From contig OX337228.1 of NCBI GenBank assembly GCA_946965045.2, forward strand, positions 6,510,001 through 6,574,000: DNA of 64,000 nucleotides, in the 5' to 3' direction. Each line of letters starts with the position of its first letter. The stretch's first letter is position 1. This document shows, piece by piece, positions 10,554-22,637 of this stretch. Both the position numbers and the translations under genes were made by a program. The notes under the pieces are model-generated. The model had not been told where the DNA came from. It searched no databases and worked only from the letters and a program-made list of their open reading frames with translations. The DNA comes from Epithemia pelagica. Its lineage: Eukaryota > Protista > Bacillariophyta.

Positions 10554-12092
10554 ACGAATGGAATGATTGATTGGAAAAAGGAGGAGAGGGGAGTATTGTT
10601 GTTGTTCTTGTGGAGGGCTTGTGTCATGAAGGGTCGTCTTGTGTTTGTTGTTATTGGGTCTTTTTGAGTTTCGGCAAACTGTGTAGCACATTTGAGAGAA
10701 TTGTTTGATTTGACACATGAGACCCCGTGCAGGATGATGATGATGATGTTAATATTCATTGGGATATTTTGAGAGAGAGAAGAGTTTATTGGGAGCTATG
10801 TGTATGGAGAGAGAAAGAGGATGACGCTGAAGAGGATGATACGTTGTTGTCTGTGCTTGCTTGAGAGGAACGAGAGGAGTAGCTAGATGTTCTCGATATG
10901 AGCGTTTGTGTGTGCTGTTCTGTTGTATGTTGTGGGACGCACCACCACAAGATGATGTTCTTTCTTCTTTAAAACTGCATTTGCCTTTGTGTTCTTCTAT
11001 ATTGTCTGTCTCCCTGTATTATGCTCGCTTCCTCCATGTTTGACACACATTCTTGAACTGCTCGAAAGACAGGGGACGTTTCACTCATTCGTTTTGACAC
11101 AGCAAGGATGGACGTACGTTGGCCCTAGCCAATGGAAGAATGCAAGTCTGCGTTCTGGGTTGCGGACAAACCATTTCAATCTCAGCGCTCTAGAAGAAGA
11201 AAAGTATATTGTATGGTGTGAGCTCTCTTCTACAATCAACTACTCAGGTACCTGGGGTAGATCCATCAACTTTTCCAGTCATTGGCATCAGTGGTTGGTG
11301 CATAGTCGATTAATACTACATCTGCTCTTCTTGGAATTAGCTCTCACAGTTCATGTCGCTATTGTACCTCATCTCCATTCAACTCGACCTAAGCGTTAGA
11401 GGTTCGTTGATCGTTTTGTCAAGGTCACTCTGTAGACTATGTAGACGCTATCGAACAGAACCGTAAACCACTCAAATTGTTCGCAGAGTTCGTGATGAGA
11501 CACGAGATGATTGATGACACAAGCTGACACAACCGTGGACTTTCTGTTCCACACTCCACGCTTTTCTTTTGTTTCTTTCTCAATTTCTCAATTGTGCAGT
11601 TGCCAATTGCCAATTGCCGAGAGTGGGTTCATTGTAAATTACACCTTTTCCTTCTCTAGTAGTTCGGCCGCAACTACAACTTCAGGAAGTTGGAGAAAGA
11701 CATTCTCATCATGACACTTTCTCCGGCCACCGCCACAGCCGCTGAGTCGTTGGCGATATACGGTACTGCGTCTACCAGTATGGCACAAGAGGGGTAGGTA
11801 GTTTTGGTCCCGTGTCCCCCTACTGCGGGTCCAAACTCCAAACAATCAAAAATATCTCCTCAATCCCTGTTATTTGTGCGTGTCATCTTAGCAGTAATAC
11901 CCGATAAATGCGAGACGACGACGATCGACAATCGATTGGATCAAAAAGCAATTGAGAGAGACCGACGACTGTTGAGGTATTTGGTGAGGGTGAAAGTTTG
12001 TTCAACGGCTTGAGAGATTACCCGTGCCACACACCAGCAAGCAAGAAAGTAAGGACACTGCGACAGTGTTCGTTGCTGCATCTCCCTCCAAC

Positions 12093-14582
12093 ATGTCGTC
12101 CAAGACTTCTTTGGAAAAAGATGAGAATCTGGTTGACATTACCGAATTGATGGCATCCTGTGCTTCGGCCTTGAGTGTTCAAGAACCCTTTTTATGTCGA
12201 AAAGAAACATTTCAACTCCAGGATGCCATGGCGGCCACACAACTGATGGATCCCAAGATGGATTCGTGTGAGGTCCCAGCCAAATTCGTCCTGCCATCAC
12301 GCCATACGGCGGCTGACGACAAGGACGATCAAACCAACAGTGAACGTATCATGTTCCCTCGGCCATGTCCGGAAAATTTATCGGACCCTTTTGTCCCATT
12401 ACCGTGGAATGAATTGACGTTGGAACAGACATCGGTGATTGTTCTGCATCAGCTTGTCCGTCTTCAAGCACTCTTTAGTGGAGCATCTGTGGGAGAGAGT
12501 GTGTTCACCTGCCTCTATGCACACAGAACCATTGTTTGTGAAATGCAGCAATATTTCATGGATGCCATGTCATCATCGTCTTCGTCATCCTTTGATGCCA
12601 AGTGTTTGTTTGAACGAGGATGTGCCGATATGAACTTTTGCGCCAAATTGTCCGTCTTTGCTTCCACGTGTGTGATTGTGGAAATCACAGAACTGTTTCG
12701 AAGCATTGTAATCAACGCCGACATTTATGAAGAAGAAGATTTTGTATCCAACACACACGATATGCCCTTCTTCTTGTTTGAGGATAAGAATCTGTTGCGA
12801 CAGTACCTGGATACGACAGTGGAACTCCTGAGCCATTTGATTGCCAATGATAAGGTTGTTGACGATGAACAGAGGAACCATCATATCCAAACATTACAGC
12901 TATCCTTGACCTTTCTCAACGGATTGGCCGTGTTTTGTTCGAAAATGGGAAAGCTCCGACAGGTAGGATTACTCGAGACGGTGGACTCGATGCAGCAACT
13001 GGCTTGCAGCCTCCGTGAGGGTCTCCAGTCTTTGAGAGACCTGGTCGAATTTGATGAGAAATGCAGCAACCAACAATCCTTGCAGGAACAAAAGTTTTTG
13101 GTCGCTCAAGTCTTTGATTCCTATGTGAACCGACCACTTTTTGGCAACACGCCAGTTCGGCAAGTGACATTTGTTTCCGTTGTGGAATCCATAGCAAGGC
13201 TGATAACCTTGACAGAGGAACTGGACCATGCCGTCTGTGCCATTTTGACCCATGGAACATCACTCACACGGATCAGCCGCATGCTACGGCGGTTTTGTTC
13301 CGCGAGTATTCTTGCAAGGTCTCTGATTGTTCTCAATTTGTACTTTGATGAACTCTTGTTGGGTCAACATGAGCTACATCCCCTGATCGTTGCCCATATG
13401 CAGGAATGGGAGCATTTGCCTTCGGAACTGATACAAAATGAGCATGCACAAGCCTTTCTTAGTCGTTTGGCCAAACCCATTTATGACACACTTAAGCTGC
13501 ACGTGTCCAATCGGAATCGGCAGCGGGCCTATATTGAGGCGGCCATGTTTGAAGAATGGACGTCCCTGCAAAATGAAGCCAACCTGATTGATACCCAATA
13601 CCGACGAGAACATCAACTCAACAATACAACGCCCCCATTTTTTGGACTTTTTGTATTATCGGTCCTTCTCCGACTCATGGAACAATACCTGGCTTGTGGC
13701 ATTGAAGTGGGCCTGTGTTGGGGCTACGATGAAATCTGTGCCGTGTTTTGGTACCGAGATTTCTTATTGGCGGCACTCTATCAAAATTTGACCCAAATGA
13801 GACAAGGGAAGGAACTGTATCAACAAGCCAAGGCACATGTCGAGGCACAACAACAACAACAACAAAAGGCATTGGAAACTCCCGTCCACACTACCAGCAA
13901 TAAGGGCAAGGGAAAGAAGAAGAATTCCAAACACAAGACCAACAGCAACAGCCCTGCCACTACTACTACTACGAGCAAATTACCACCACCGGCCCAGCCA
14001 TCTCCTCCTCCTCCTTCTGTCACTACAAGTGTCGCAGATTTGGAACACGGCGTTGAACTCCAAGTCTTGGAAGTGCAACGAATGCTTTGTCGGGGCATTG
14101 TCCGTTTCCTCGTGGCCTTGAAACAATCCCAGTTGTTGGATCTGCCCGATTTGGAGTTTACTTCACGCCAGACTATTTTTGAACGACGATACGCCGTGTT
14201 TCAGACGATTCGTCATCCACCGGCCTTGACCTTTGAGGATTATGTCGAAGGATCGAATGGATCCAACATTTCCGTCACCGATTTGTGTCAATCGGCATCG
14301 GTCATTTTCAAGTCGTGTCGAAGCTTGGTGGATTCCATCTTGGCCGATCTGAGCACCACCAGCCACACCAAGAACAACAACAACAACACTCGCAATCGAG
14401 CGTCCTGTCCGGTATTGGAATCGGAAGCCCGATCGCTCCTCAAAGTCTGTGTGGGAAATTCCGTCTACCTCATGAAATTGACGCAACTGGTGCGAACCCC
14501 CAAAGGGGCCCATCCTCCCAAGGCTACCATTGAGTTTGACTTTGGGGCACACCAGGAGTTTTGCATCATCAAAGTCCTGTAA
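12093..14582 (+). CDS. NAA35: NatC N-terminal acetyltransferase auxiliary subunit (NAA35/MAK10)
   Basis: About 830-aa single-exon ORF. FQLQDAMAATQLMDPKMDS and SVFTCLY match the MAK10 N-terminal signature; C-terminal FERRYAVF...HPP...F.DY and DFGAHQEFCIIKV. Confidence 0.85.
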   Translation: MSSKTSLEKDENLVDITELMASCASALSVQEPFLCRKETFQLQDAMAATQLMDPKMDSCEVPAKFVLPSRHTAADDKDDQTNSERIMFPRPCPENLSDPFVPLPWNELTLEQTSVIVLHQLVRLQALFSGASVGESVFTCLYAHRTIVCEMQQYFMDAMSSSSSSSFDAKCLFERGCADMNFCAKLSVFASTCVIVEITELFRSIVINADIYEEEDFVSNTHDMPFFLFEDKNLLRQYLDTTVELLSHLIANDKVVDDEQRNHHIQTLQLSLTFLNGLAVFCSKMGKLRQVGLLETVDSMQQLACSLREGLQSLRDLVEFDEKCSNQQSLQEQKFLVAQVFDSYVNRPLFGNTPVRQVTFVSVVESIARLITLTEELDHAVCAILTHGTSLTRISRMLRRFCSASILARSLIVLNLYFDELLLGQHELHPLIVAHMQEWEHLPSELIQNEHAQAFLSRLAKPIYDTLKLHVSNRNRQRAYIEAAMFEEWTSLQNEANLIDTQYRREHQLNNTTPPFFGLFVLSVLLRLMEQYLACGIEVGLCWGYDEICAVFWYRDFLLAALYQNLTQMRQGKELYQQAKAHVEAQQQQQQKALETPVHTTSNKGKGKKKNSKHKTNSNSPATTTTTSKLPPPAQPSPPPPSVTTSVADLEHGVELQVLEVQRMLCRGIVRFLVALKQSQLLDLPDLEFTSRQTIFERRYAVFQTIRHPPALTFEDYVEGSNGSNISVTDLCQSASVIFKSCRSLVDSILADLSTTSHTKNNNNNTRNRASCPVLESEARSLLKVCVGNSVYLMKLTQLVRTPKGAHPPKATIEFDFGAHQEFCIIKVL

Positions 14583-15499
14583 CTAGGGTAGAGGACGAGG
14601 CATCACTCTAGAGCGAGACGACGACCACGACAAGGACGAATGGTGTGTGGGATTCCCTCCGGGCGCGTTGGCAATCCAAGGGTGTCTTCGTTCTTGATCG
14701 AACAACACGGATGGCAAAGCATGTACAGAGAGGCAGGTGTAATTTACCTACCTACCTAGAGTATTCTCTCTCGCTCTCTGGGAGAGCAGAATCGCACCAA
14801 ATTTGCTGTCGTTGTTGTTGCGTTACACTCTAGAAAGACGTACATCCCATGGATTGTATCTCCGTAGTTACCTGTAGCTATGCGAATCGTCGATAGACAT
14901 GGTGTAGGGGCTCGTACCACACGAAAAAGTGACCACCACAAGTCGTGGATCGTTTCTCTCTCTCTTTTCAAAAAAGAGAGAATCTCCCAGAGGAAGAACC
15001 ATCCAACTGGAGACAACAACAACAACAGTCCTGCTCTAGAGAGGATGGCCTTCGTCCCTATACTAGAGGTTGAGGGAGTCTATTTAGGAGTAGGCTATGC
15101 ATCCTATGGGGTAGCTCGGAGACTATGAGTATAGTAGAGCCGTTGCGATTCTTGCTCTCTCTGCTTTCCCCAAAGCGTTTGTCGTCCATGCGCGCAATTT
15201 GGTTCACGCCCGTACCAAGGAGGAACGCCAGCCATTCCCCTACGAGTACACAACAAGAGAACTCCGAGGAGGCAGGCTCTAATTGATTTTTTGACTGTCC
15301 CTGCAAGAGTAGGGGGAGCGAGACGATGATGATAAGACGCAGCGTGTGATGTTGTGAACTCGTACCGTAAATTGCCTCTGTCTTTCTTTTATTCTCCTTG
15401 TTGCTTTTGTTGTTGTAAATCGTCCACACACAAGAGAACCTTGGACGCTCTCTTGTCTTGTGGTTGTATATTGATTGTGGAAAGTACGACGTTGTTGGT

Positions 15500-18382
15500 A
15501 TGGTCTGTCCTCATGAGAGAGAGCATTCAACCATACTAGAGCGAAAAGAAGAAGCAAGCATTACAACACAACAACAACAGCCGATGCAAATGACAGCCAC
15601 AACCCTCATGGAGGACAAACCACCTCTGACAGGACGTTCCTCTCCCCGAAAAAAGCAACAACCACAACAACCATCTCCGTTGTTTCAATCGGCACCAACT
15701 CCCTTTGCTAATGTCATGGTTCCACCACCACACTCGACGATGGACCAAACCTTTCCACATCCTCATCACCATCAACCACAACACTCCCAACCACACCAAC
15801 AAGCTCCTCGAAATCCTCAACACACTCCTGCAACAGCAGCAGCACCACCACTCCAACCCAAATCGCCCTCGTCGTCGTCATCCGAACGACCGCATCCTGC
15901 GAATACGAATCATTTACAACGCTCCAAAACGACGTTGGCATATAGTCGCAAAGTGGCCTTGAATCGGAACGAATCCGTCTTTGTGTCTTCGGCGGGTGAT
16001 GTCTTGGTCTGTCGATCGCGAGATGTTTGGGTGTCACCCGGACAGTCGTCGTTGCGTGGCACGGCCAACAATCCCCAGGCCGACCAATTGTGCAAGGAAT
16101 GGGTGGATTGTCAAAAAGAATTGGCCGTCGTGTGTTGTGAAGTCGACGATTTGTCCTTGACGGCCGCACAAGATAGCAGTGGATGCTTTTGTGGACAATG
16201 GCCCACCAGTAGTAGTAATACGACAACAGCAGTGGGCTCCAAACGACCTTCGCCCACCGGGAACAATCATCGGAGACGATCCGAACAGGAAGGAGCCGTC
16301 TTGGTGGGAGGAGGATCGACCGTGCATCCTCCACAACATCATTCGGCAGCCGCTCCACACTATCTACCCCCTCATCATCATCATCATCCTGTGGGAGCTC
16401 GTGATCGGGCACAACTGGCATTTCAATCGGATCCCATTCACAGTGGCTTTGACGACGATGAAAGTTTGGTACCCATCAAGTCTTTTGATTATTCCCAATT
16501 TTCCGTCTCGGAGGACAATATGGCGTCACCATTCCTTCCCCAACATAAACCACATGCAACATTGGGGTCCTGGGACGATGCCGGTCGCGAAGAAAAAAAG
16601 TCGGAACACGATCTGCCCGAGGCTCACAATCCAGCCACACCGGTACCTCCCACGCTCGTGCATGGAGTCCCCACCTTCTTGTCGGAACTTTCTCAGGTCA
16701 AGGTGACTCAAGTCTCGGCGCATCCCCTCGGGGGCCATGTCTTGGTGATTTCCGATGCCGGTCTGTTATGGGCCTATGGCCGCAACGAGTATGGACAATT
16801 GGGATTGGGCAAAACCACGTCCTTGTCCAGTCCGCAACGCGGTCATGTCATGAGTCCCCGGATCGTCACGCCCTTGATTGAAAATGGGGGCAAGGCCATT
16901 GCCTGTGCCGCTGGTGTCAACCATTCCATTGTCGCCGTCATGACGGAAGAACGACGGCTCGTCCGCTCTCAAACCTCACCCAGTCACTTGACGTCGTTGA
17001 GTGGCTATGGCTATCGTCATCACGGTGCTGCAGCAACCACGGAATCCATTGTCCATCATCAACTCTACGGGTTTGGTCGCAATGATTTTATGAAAATTGG
17101 GTTGGTCAGTCCCAAAATGGGCAAGGCTGCCCATGGGGCCGTCGAACTGGAATCAGTTACCTTGCCCCGTCGTGTGGCGCTCCGGTGTCGGGTCCCACCC
17201 TCTCATGCCACACCCGCTTCCGATCGCCCCCAGCAACCGGAACACGAAGAACCTTTTCCACCGGCGGGTATTTTTTGTGTCGCCGCCTCGGAAGATCATT
17301 CGGCCGCCTTGGTCCATCGATCGTCGGGCAATGTGGAATTGTATACCTGGGGCAATGCCATGCATGGAGCCTTGGGACTGCCCGAACAACCCATTGGGGC
17401 CATGGATCATCCTCATGATTATCATCATTATCCGTCGGACAATGCTCCCGAGGGTGGTGGTGCTCCGCTCAGTACCATTATATCCGCCGTTCGAGTGGTG
17501 CCCGTTCCTTCCTTTGTCGCCTCACTCTCTCGATCGTCCAACCCCGATGCCAAGGCATCGTCCTTGTTGCAAAGTCATTTGGGAGAATGTCCCATTTCGT
17601 TATCCTTGGGACGACGGTGTACCTTTGTCACCACCAACTTGGGACGAGCCTTTTCCTTTGGCTTTAGTGAAGAAGGCATGTTGGGGTTGGGAGAAGGCAT
17701 TACCGAATCGGCGCAGCCCGTCGAACTCTCGTGTTTGCCCGATGCCGAACGATTTGCCTCCGTCTCGGCCGGAGCCGGTCATACCGTCGCTCTCAGTACC
17801 ACTGGGAACGTGTATACCTGGGGGACATTGCCACGAACGGCTGTAGTACCCAGCAAGGAGGATGGTTTCACGAGGAAACCACCACCGCCCGCAGCACCCT
17901 TGGATGGTAGTCCGGGCAGTCGAGCCACGGCCACCGTCGATTCGGCCGCCAGTACCGGTATTTGTTGGAACCCGGTCAAGGAGGAGATTCCCCTCCCGGT
18001 CTTGCGTCGCATGGGCTGTGACACGAATGCCGCCATTGTATCGGCCTTTGCCGGATACGATTCGTCGGCCTATGTGGTGGAATCTGGTCATGTCGTTTCG
18101 TGTGGCAAGGCATCGGGTCGATTGGGGTTGGGTGAAATTGGTCGTCCAGGCCATCACGACGACGACGACAAGGACGACGTGACGGTTCCACGACCGCTCT
18201 TTGGAGGATTGCGCTTGTGGAATCAACGACCAACCATTTCGTCATCCAACAACAACAACAACATGAGCAGCAACAAGACACAAAAGATTCATCGAAGGCC
18301 CAATCCCACGGTCGATCATCGAAAACCACCACCGGGTGTCCCCAGACCGGTGCCTCTGGTCCGGGGATCCACCTTTGGATAG
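15500..18382 (+). CDS. RCC1/BLIP-II repeat (beta-propeller) protein with low-complexity N-terminus
   Basis: Repeated RCC1 motifs: LWAYGRNEYGQLGLG, ACAAGVNHS, YGFGRNDFMKIG, LYTWGNAMHGALG, FSFGFSEEGMLGLG, VSAGAGHTVALSTTGNVYTWG, VVSCGKASGRLGLG. Start uncertain (15500 or 15584). Confidence 0.9.
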   Translation: MVCPHEREHSTILERKEEASITTQQQQPMQMTATTLMEDKPPLTGRSSPRKKQQPQQPSPLFQSAPTPFANVMVPPPHSTMDQTFPHPHHHQPQHSQPHQQAPRNPQHTPATAAAPPLQPKSPSSSSSERPHPANTNHLQRSKTTLAYSRKVALNRNESVFVSSAGDVLVCRSRDVWVSPGQSSLRGTANNPQADQLCKEWVDCQKELAVVCCEVDDLSLTAAQDSSGCFCGQWPTSSSNTTTAVGSKRPSPTGNNHRRRSEQEGAVLVGGGSTVHPPQHHSAAAPHYLPPHHHHHPVGARDRAQLAFQSDPIHSGFDDDESLVPIKSFDYSQFSVSEDNMASPFLPQHKPHATLGSWDDAGREEKKSEHDLPEAHNPATPVPPTLVHGVPTFLSELSQVKVTQVSAHPLGGHVLVISDAGLLWAYGRNEYGQLGLGKTTSLSSPQRGHVMSPRIVTPLIENGGKAIACAAGVNHSIVAVMTEERRLVRSQTSPSHLTSLSGYGYRHHGAAATTESIVHHQLYGFGRNDFMKIGLVSPKMGKAAHGAVELESVTLPRRVALRCRVPPSHATPASDRPQQPEHEEPFPPAGIFCVAASEDHSAALVHRSSGNVELYTWGNAMHGALGLPEQPIGAMDHPHDYHHYPSDNAPEGGGAPLSTIISAVRVVPVPSFVASLSRSSNPDAKASSLLQSHLGECPISLSLGRRCTFVTTNLGRAFSFGFSEEGMLGLGEGITESAQPVELSCLPDAERFASVSAGAGHTVALSTTGNVYTWGTLPRTAVVPSKEDGFTRKPPPPAAPLDGSPGSRATATVDSAASTGICWNPVKEEIPLPVLRRMGCDTNAAIVSAFAGYDSSAYVVESGHVVSCGKASGRLGLGEIGRPGHHDDDDKDDVTVPRPLFGGLRLWNQRPTISSSNNNNNMSSNKTQKIHRRPNPTVDHRKPPPGVPRPVPLVRGSTFG

Positions 18383-19961
18383 CGAGATCTATGCCGTATG
18401 GGCCTTTTTTTGGATCCTCGCTTGCTGTGTCTCCCATGGTGCGACGTATGCGCTCTAGAGAGGACTTTTTGGCTTTGCTTGGTTCGATTGCTAGGAGTAT
18501 GAATTCCCGAGGAGGAGGAAGAACATGGTTAACCGCCCTCCCTCCTTCCTTCCGTCAAGGCCACCCTCCAACACCATAGATCATCATGTTCTTGGTATAT
18601 AGTGTTCTATTAGATCCTATCTTTTGCTTTATTACTTGGAAGAGCATTTTTTGGAACGCCCGTTGTATCGAGAAAAGTCTCTCTAGAGTTGGACCTACTA
18701 TCGAGCACTGCTTTTGGGGTAGCAATGATCAGAGCGCTATTCGAGAACAGGTCACGCATTGACGGTCGCCCTAGAGTCGGAAGTCGGAACACACAAACCG
18801 AAGAAGAAAAGAAGGCTTGAAAGATGCCAGGGAACGATGATTGATGACGCAGTCGACGTGGTCTATCCAGATGTTCGAGATGTCGAGTAGAAAGACTTAC
18901 GAGTAGTTCCCGCCGTCTTGCTATAAAGTATCTCCCAGCGGCATTGAGTGCTACCTAGTCGCCGATTGGTCAGCTTCGTGATCCATTGATGTTTCGTGGT
19001 GCTTGCAATCACGCCTGACTCCCATATTCTCTCGTGCGTGTGCTTGGGAGTAATATGGTATTTCTGATTGGGGGGTTGGGGGAGTCACCAAAAAACAAAA
19101 AAACCAATGCTCAAAAGACGCTCGTGGATGCTACGTGAAAGGCGATTAGACGGGGCTTCGATTCTCGCCATTATTCCATTGGTTTTCAAATGTTATCCGA
19201 AAGCCCAGCTCGAATTCAATGGGGAGATTTGTTGGCAGTTGTCCTTTCCGACCGAGTAGCGGCACTGTTCATGATTCTCGGGCATTTGAAGTGTCGGCCT
19301 GTGATTGCCGGGATGGCCTCAAGCAGATTTCCAAAAACGTAAGATCGCCTTATTGTACCTCAACGGGACTTGAAGGAACGAGGAGAGGAAGGGATTTGTG
19401 GTACGTCTTGGAAAAGTATGATGTGTCCTTCTTTCCCCATTTTCGACGTTCCGACCCTCTCACCTATGCTGTGCTTCATTGGTGTTCGAGAAAGACCCGA
19501 AGAGGAACGGGAACGAGTGCAGGGACGAAACGATTTCACATTTGACGGGACTTGTGGCTCGAGTCTGGCACACAAGCGCCATTGTCAAAGCTGGATGAAA
19601 CGACACCATGACGTGAGCCAAAAGGCGCTGACCCATGTCCTGACACAAGACGGTAGGGGCTTGCGTTGGACTCCCAGTCTTCGCTGTGCACTCTTCACGG
19701 CAGGAAAAGTAGGTATGAGCGGCTGCTCGGCTTCATCTGCTTCCAGCTGGTTTTGCAATCATGACCACTGTTACTCAATGGGAGTGTTTTTTGAAGTTTC
19801 TGAACCAGCCAAGTCTACCAACGCACCAAAGCAACAGAAGAACACGATCGTACCTTTGATGATATCGCCTGTTCCTCCGGTTTGTCGGAATCCCACTCCA
19901 GGGTGAACGCGAAATATTTCACGTTTGACAAAACATACGGAGAAGGCCACAAAAGCGACCT

Positions 19962-20611
19962 AAGATCAATCAGAGGTAAGCTGCTTTTGTTGATTTCAAA
20001 CCATTCCTAATCCAATCGAATAACTTGCGCTTTTTTGCCTGTCGACACTTTTACTTTGCGAGACTCGAATGCAGGAAATGCAAAGAAAGCTACCCCTCCT
20101 CCCAACTCGCGTCTCTGGCGACCTCATTACTGCAAGAGCACATGCCCTGGAATACGTTGCTTGAAGCTTCGAAAGCTCGAGCAAGTCCAGATCATGTGGT
20201 GGTCTCACCGGAAGCTTCAGAATCGACGAGACAACTGGTCGTCAAAGTCCGCGTATTGGCAAACTTGTTGGATTGTGACGCACATCATCCCGACAAAGAA
20301 GAGCGTCTCAAACAGAAACGTATTCGCGACGTTCTTCCATGTCAGAATGATATGAGGCACAGTAACACAAGTTTGCCAATAAGAGGGATAGCTTTTTTTG
20401 CATTTCCTGCATTTGAGTCGCGTCTCTTTCTTCCTTCTGGCTTTGAAGTGTTGCTTCAAAGCCAGCCCTCTGGCGATCGCTGGCGATCGCTTCAACGATG
20501 GAGCCAAGATCAATCAGAGGTAAGCCGCGTTTGTTGATTTCAAAAACCATTCCTAATCCAATCGAATATCTTACGCTTTTTTGCCTGTCGACTCTTTTAC
20601 TTTGCGAGACT
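19962..20611. repeat. Rearranged local repeats: about 105-bp direct repeat (19962-20065 / 20506-20611) plus 36-bp inverted repeat (20062-20097 / 20384-20419)
   Basis: aagatcaatcagaggtaag...tttgcgagact occurs twice; gactcgaatgcaggaaatgcaaagaaagctacccct recurs reverse-complemented with few mismatches. Confidence 0.85.
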
Positions 20612-20748
20612 TGAGCCATCCGACACATCGCGGGGATGTGCCAATCAAACTCATGGTACCTCCCGAACGCTTCGTTGCATGTAGAATTAGCCGAGGCAAG
20701 AACTCAACTGAAACGTCAAGAAAATGACACACGCTTGTGGTGGAGCAG

Positions 20749-21644
20749 AATATGGACTCGATCAAGAAATTAGAATCTCAACTTCAAGAAACCAAGGAGG
20801 AACTTCAACACCACCAGGCGAAGTACACTGCTGGTTTTTGGGACAATTCACTTCGCAAAACGTTTTGCGAAGTGTGTCCAAACGCTTTGCGAAGTGATTT
20901 GGACCAAAAACCAGCAGCGTACCATGACCTTCAATCTCGTGTCTCATTGCTTGAAGTCGAGATTGAAAATCTCGACGTTGACAAGAACTCACTTGCAAAT
21001 GAACGCGATCGGGTGTTGACAGACCACACCAATGCCCAGGAACAGATTTTCATCCTATGTGCTCATCTCTTTTGCCGGATTTTGTTTTGTTCGTCCGCTG
21101 GCTGTCAACAATCATCGATCTGTCAACACCCATTATTCAGATCAGCATCGATTGGTCGATCGTCCATCACTTGTTCGCGGAAGCACGCAGCGACGCTGGC
21201 AAGTCGATGAATCAGGCTAACTTGTAAGCGTTCGAGGAAAAAGTCTCGTATGTCGGGATGGCCGCCTGGGATGCAGAAGAGAAAGTTTGTCTTGTTCAGG
21301 CGTTGAGAGACTTGGCTCGGGAAAATGCTAGTCTTCGGGACGAAAATGCAACTGAAGCAGAGCGTTTCTTCAAAGCAAGCTCAATGAGAAAGAAGGCGAA
21401 CTCGAAAGGACTGGAAAAAGAACGCAACGAGGAAAATACTCAAGAATGTAAACAAACTAGTTTGATTATTGTTAGTTGCAAATTTGGCGAACGTTTCTTC
21501 ATGTTTCAAGTAGCGTACGCGGAGACGATTGTTTTGGACCAGCCAGTTGTTTCTTCAAAAGAGCATCAAACTCTGCCACACGACAACGAAAGAACAGCGA
21601 GAGTAAAAGCACTCACCACGACACAACTTCCCCTCATTCCTTGA
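20749..21644 (+). pseudogene. Fragmented coiled-coil-like reading frames, possibly a decayed gene
   Basis: ORFs 20737..21210 (IKKLESQLQETKEELQHHQ; LQSRVSLLEVEIENLDVDKNSLANERD) and 21258..21644 show heptad-like composition but are short and disconnected. Confidence 0.3.
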
Positions 21645-22220
21645 CTCCGTGGGTCCACGACACGCATGACTTGATGCAAAGCACTATCAGTAACCTCCCT
21701 ACTACGATCCTCCGACCTTTCACACAAGTTTCGCTTCATATCCTTTGGTCATGAACACAACGAATGAATGACCAAAAGGCTTTTCATTTTGCGCACCGCA
21801 ACGAGAAGAAGGAGCCCTTGGTCAAGGGCCAGCACTACCATACCCCATTCTCTACGGCGCCATACGGAACAGAGCGATATGGAAAAGAATGAGAAGGAGT
21901 GGCGATCCAATCCAACGCCCTCGTCATGGGAATTTGAGGTTACCCATGTTTGATTGTTGCATTGGTCATCCGGTGGACTGTTTTCCGTTGGAGGAGTCTC
22001 CTGAACCGCGTGATCAAGGACCCCTTCACTGGTCAAACGAATATAAATCGTTTCGATCATAGCATTGCTAATGATTGTTTCGTGGCAGTTTCTGAGCGTT
22101 GGGACAATTTTTGTTGGAGAGTATACTTGGTCGTAGGCTTTCTTGAGCAGTAAATCACCCGCAACGAATCGTTCTAGGGATCCAATTCGGCAAGGCCCTC
22201 AAACCTTGTGGCGGCAGTAG

Positions 22221-22637
22221 TCAGTGACGTAGTAGTAGTGGAACTCTCTTGCACTTGTGTTTGGTCGTTGTTGTTGTTGTTCTCGTTGCTACAAAGGCAC
22301 CGACATGATTCGAGCAAGTGTCGATGGACACGGACCGGGCCGTAAAGGTGATCGTGGGGTCCAAGACAGTCCACAGGTGGAGACGGGGACCCAAATCGAA
22401 ATGGAAATACAATCCTCCCAGTTCCTCGTCCAAGAAGGCGGTACCCCGACACTGGTCGGCCTTCCACATGCCGAATGGTTCTTGACGAAACTAGGGTTCC
22501 AGAGGGCAGGCAAGACACGTTCTTGCAAACTGTGACTTGACATTCGGAATTCGTCCAAAACGACACCTAGGATGCGCAAGTGCATGGCATGCTCCACATT
22601 GTCTTGCCTTGGGAGTGCTTGGAGTTCCACAGAATGT
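22221..22637 (-). pseudogene. Interrupted reading frame with a PHD-finger-like Cys/His pattern
   Basis: One frame reads TFCGTPSTPKARQCGACHALAHPRCRFGRIPNVKSQFARTCLACPLEP*FRQEPFGMWK...VPLLLRH*, with a single internal TAG at 22491-22493. Confidence 0.35.

Noticed and set aside
8492-10718. Long minus-strand ORFs (186-333 aa) over the KH gene
   Set aside because: Antisense products of CAA/GGT low-complexity codons that lack stops
19370-19906. 178-aa + ORF with scattered Cys/His
   Set aside because: No coherent domain or splice structure; lies in a degenerate block
21768-22153. Stop-riddled frame with a hydrophobic stretch (IVSIIALLMIVSWQFL)
   Set aside because: Too degraded to assign as a pseudogene with any confidence
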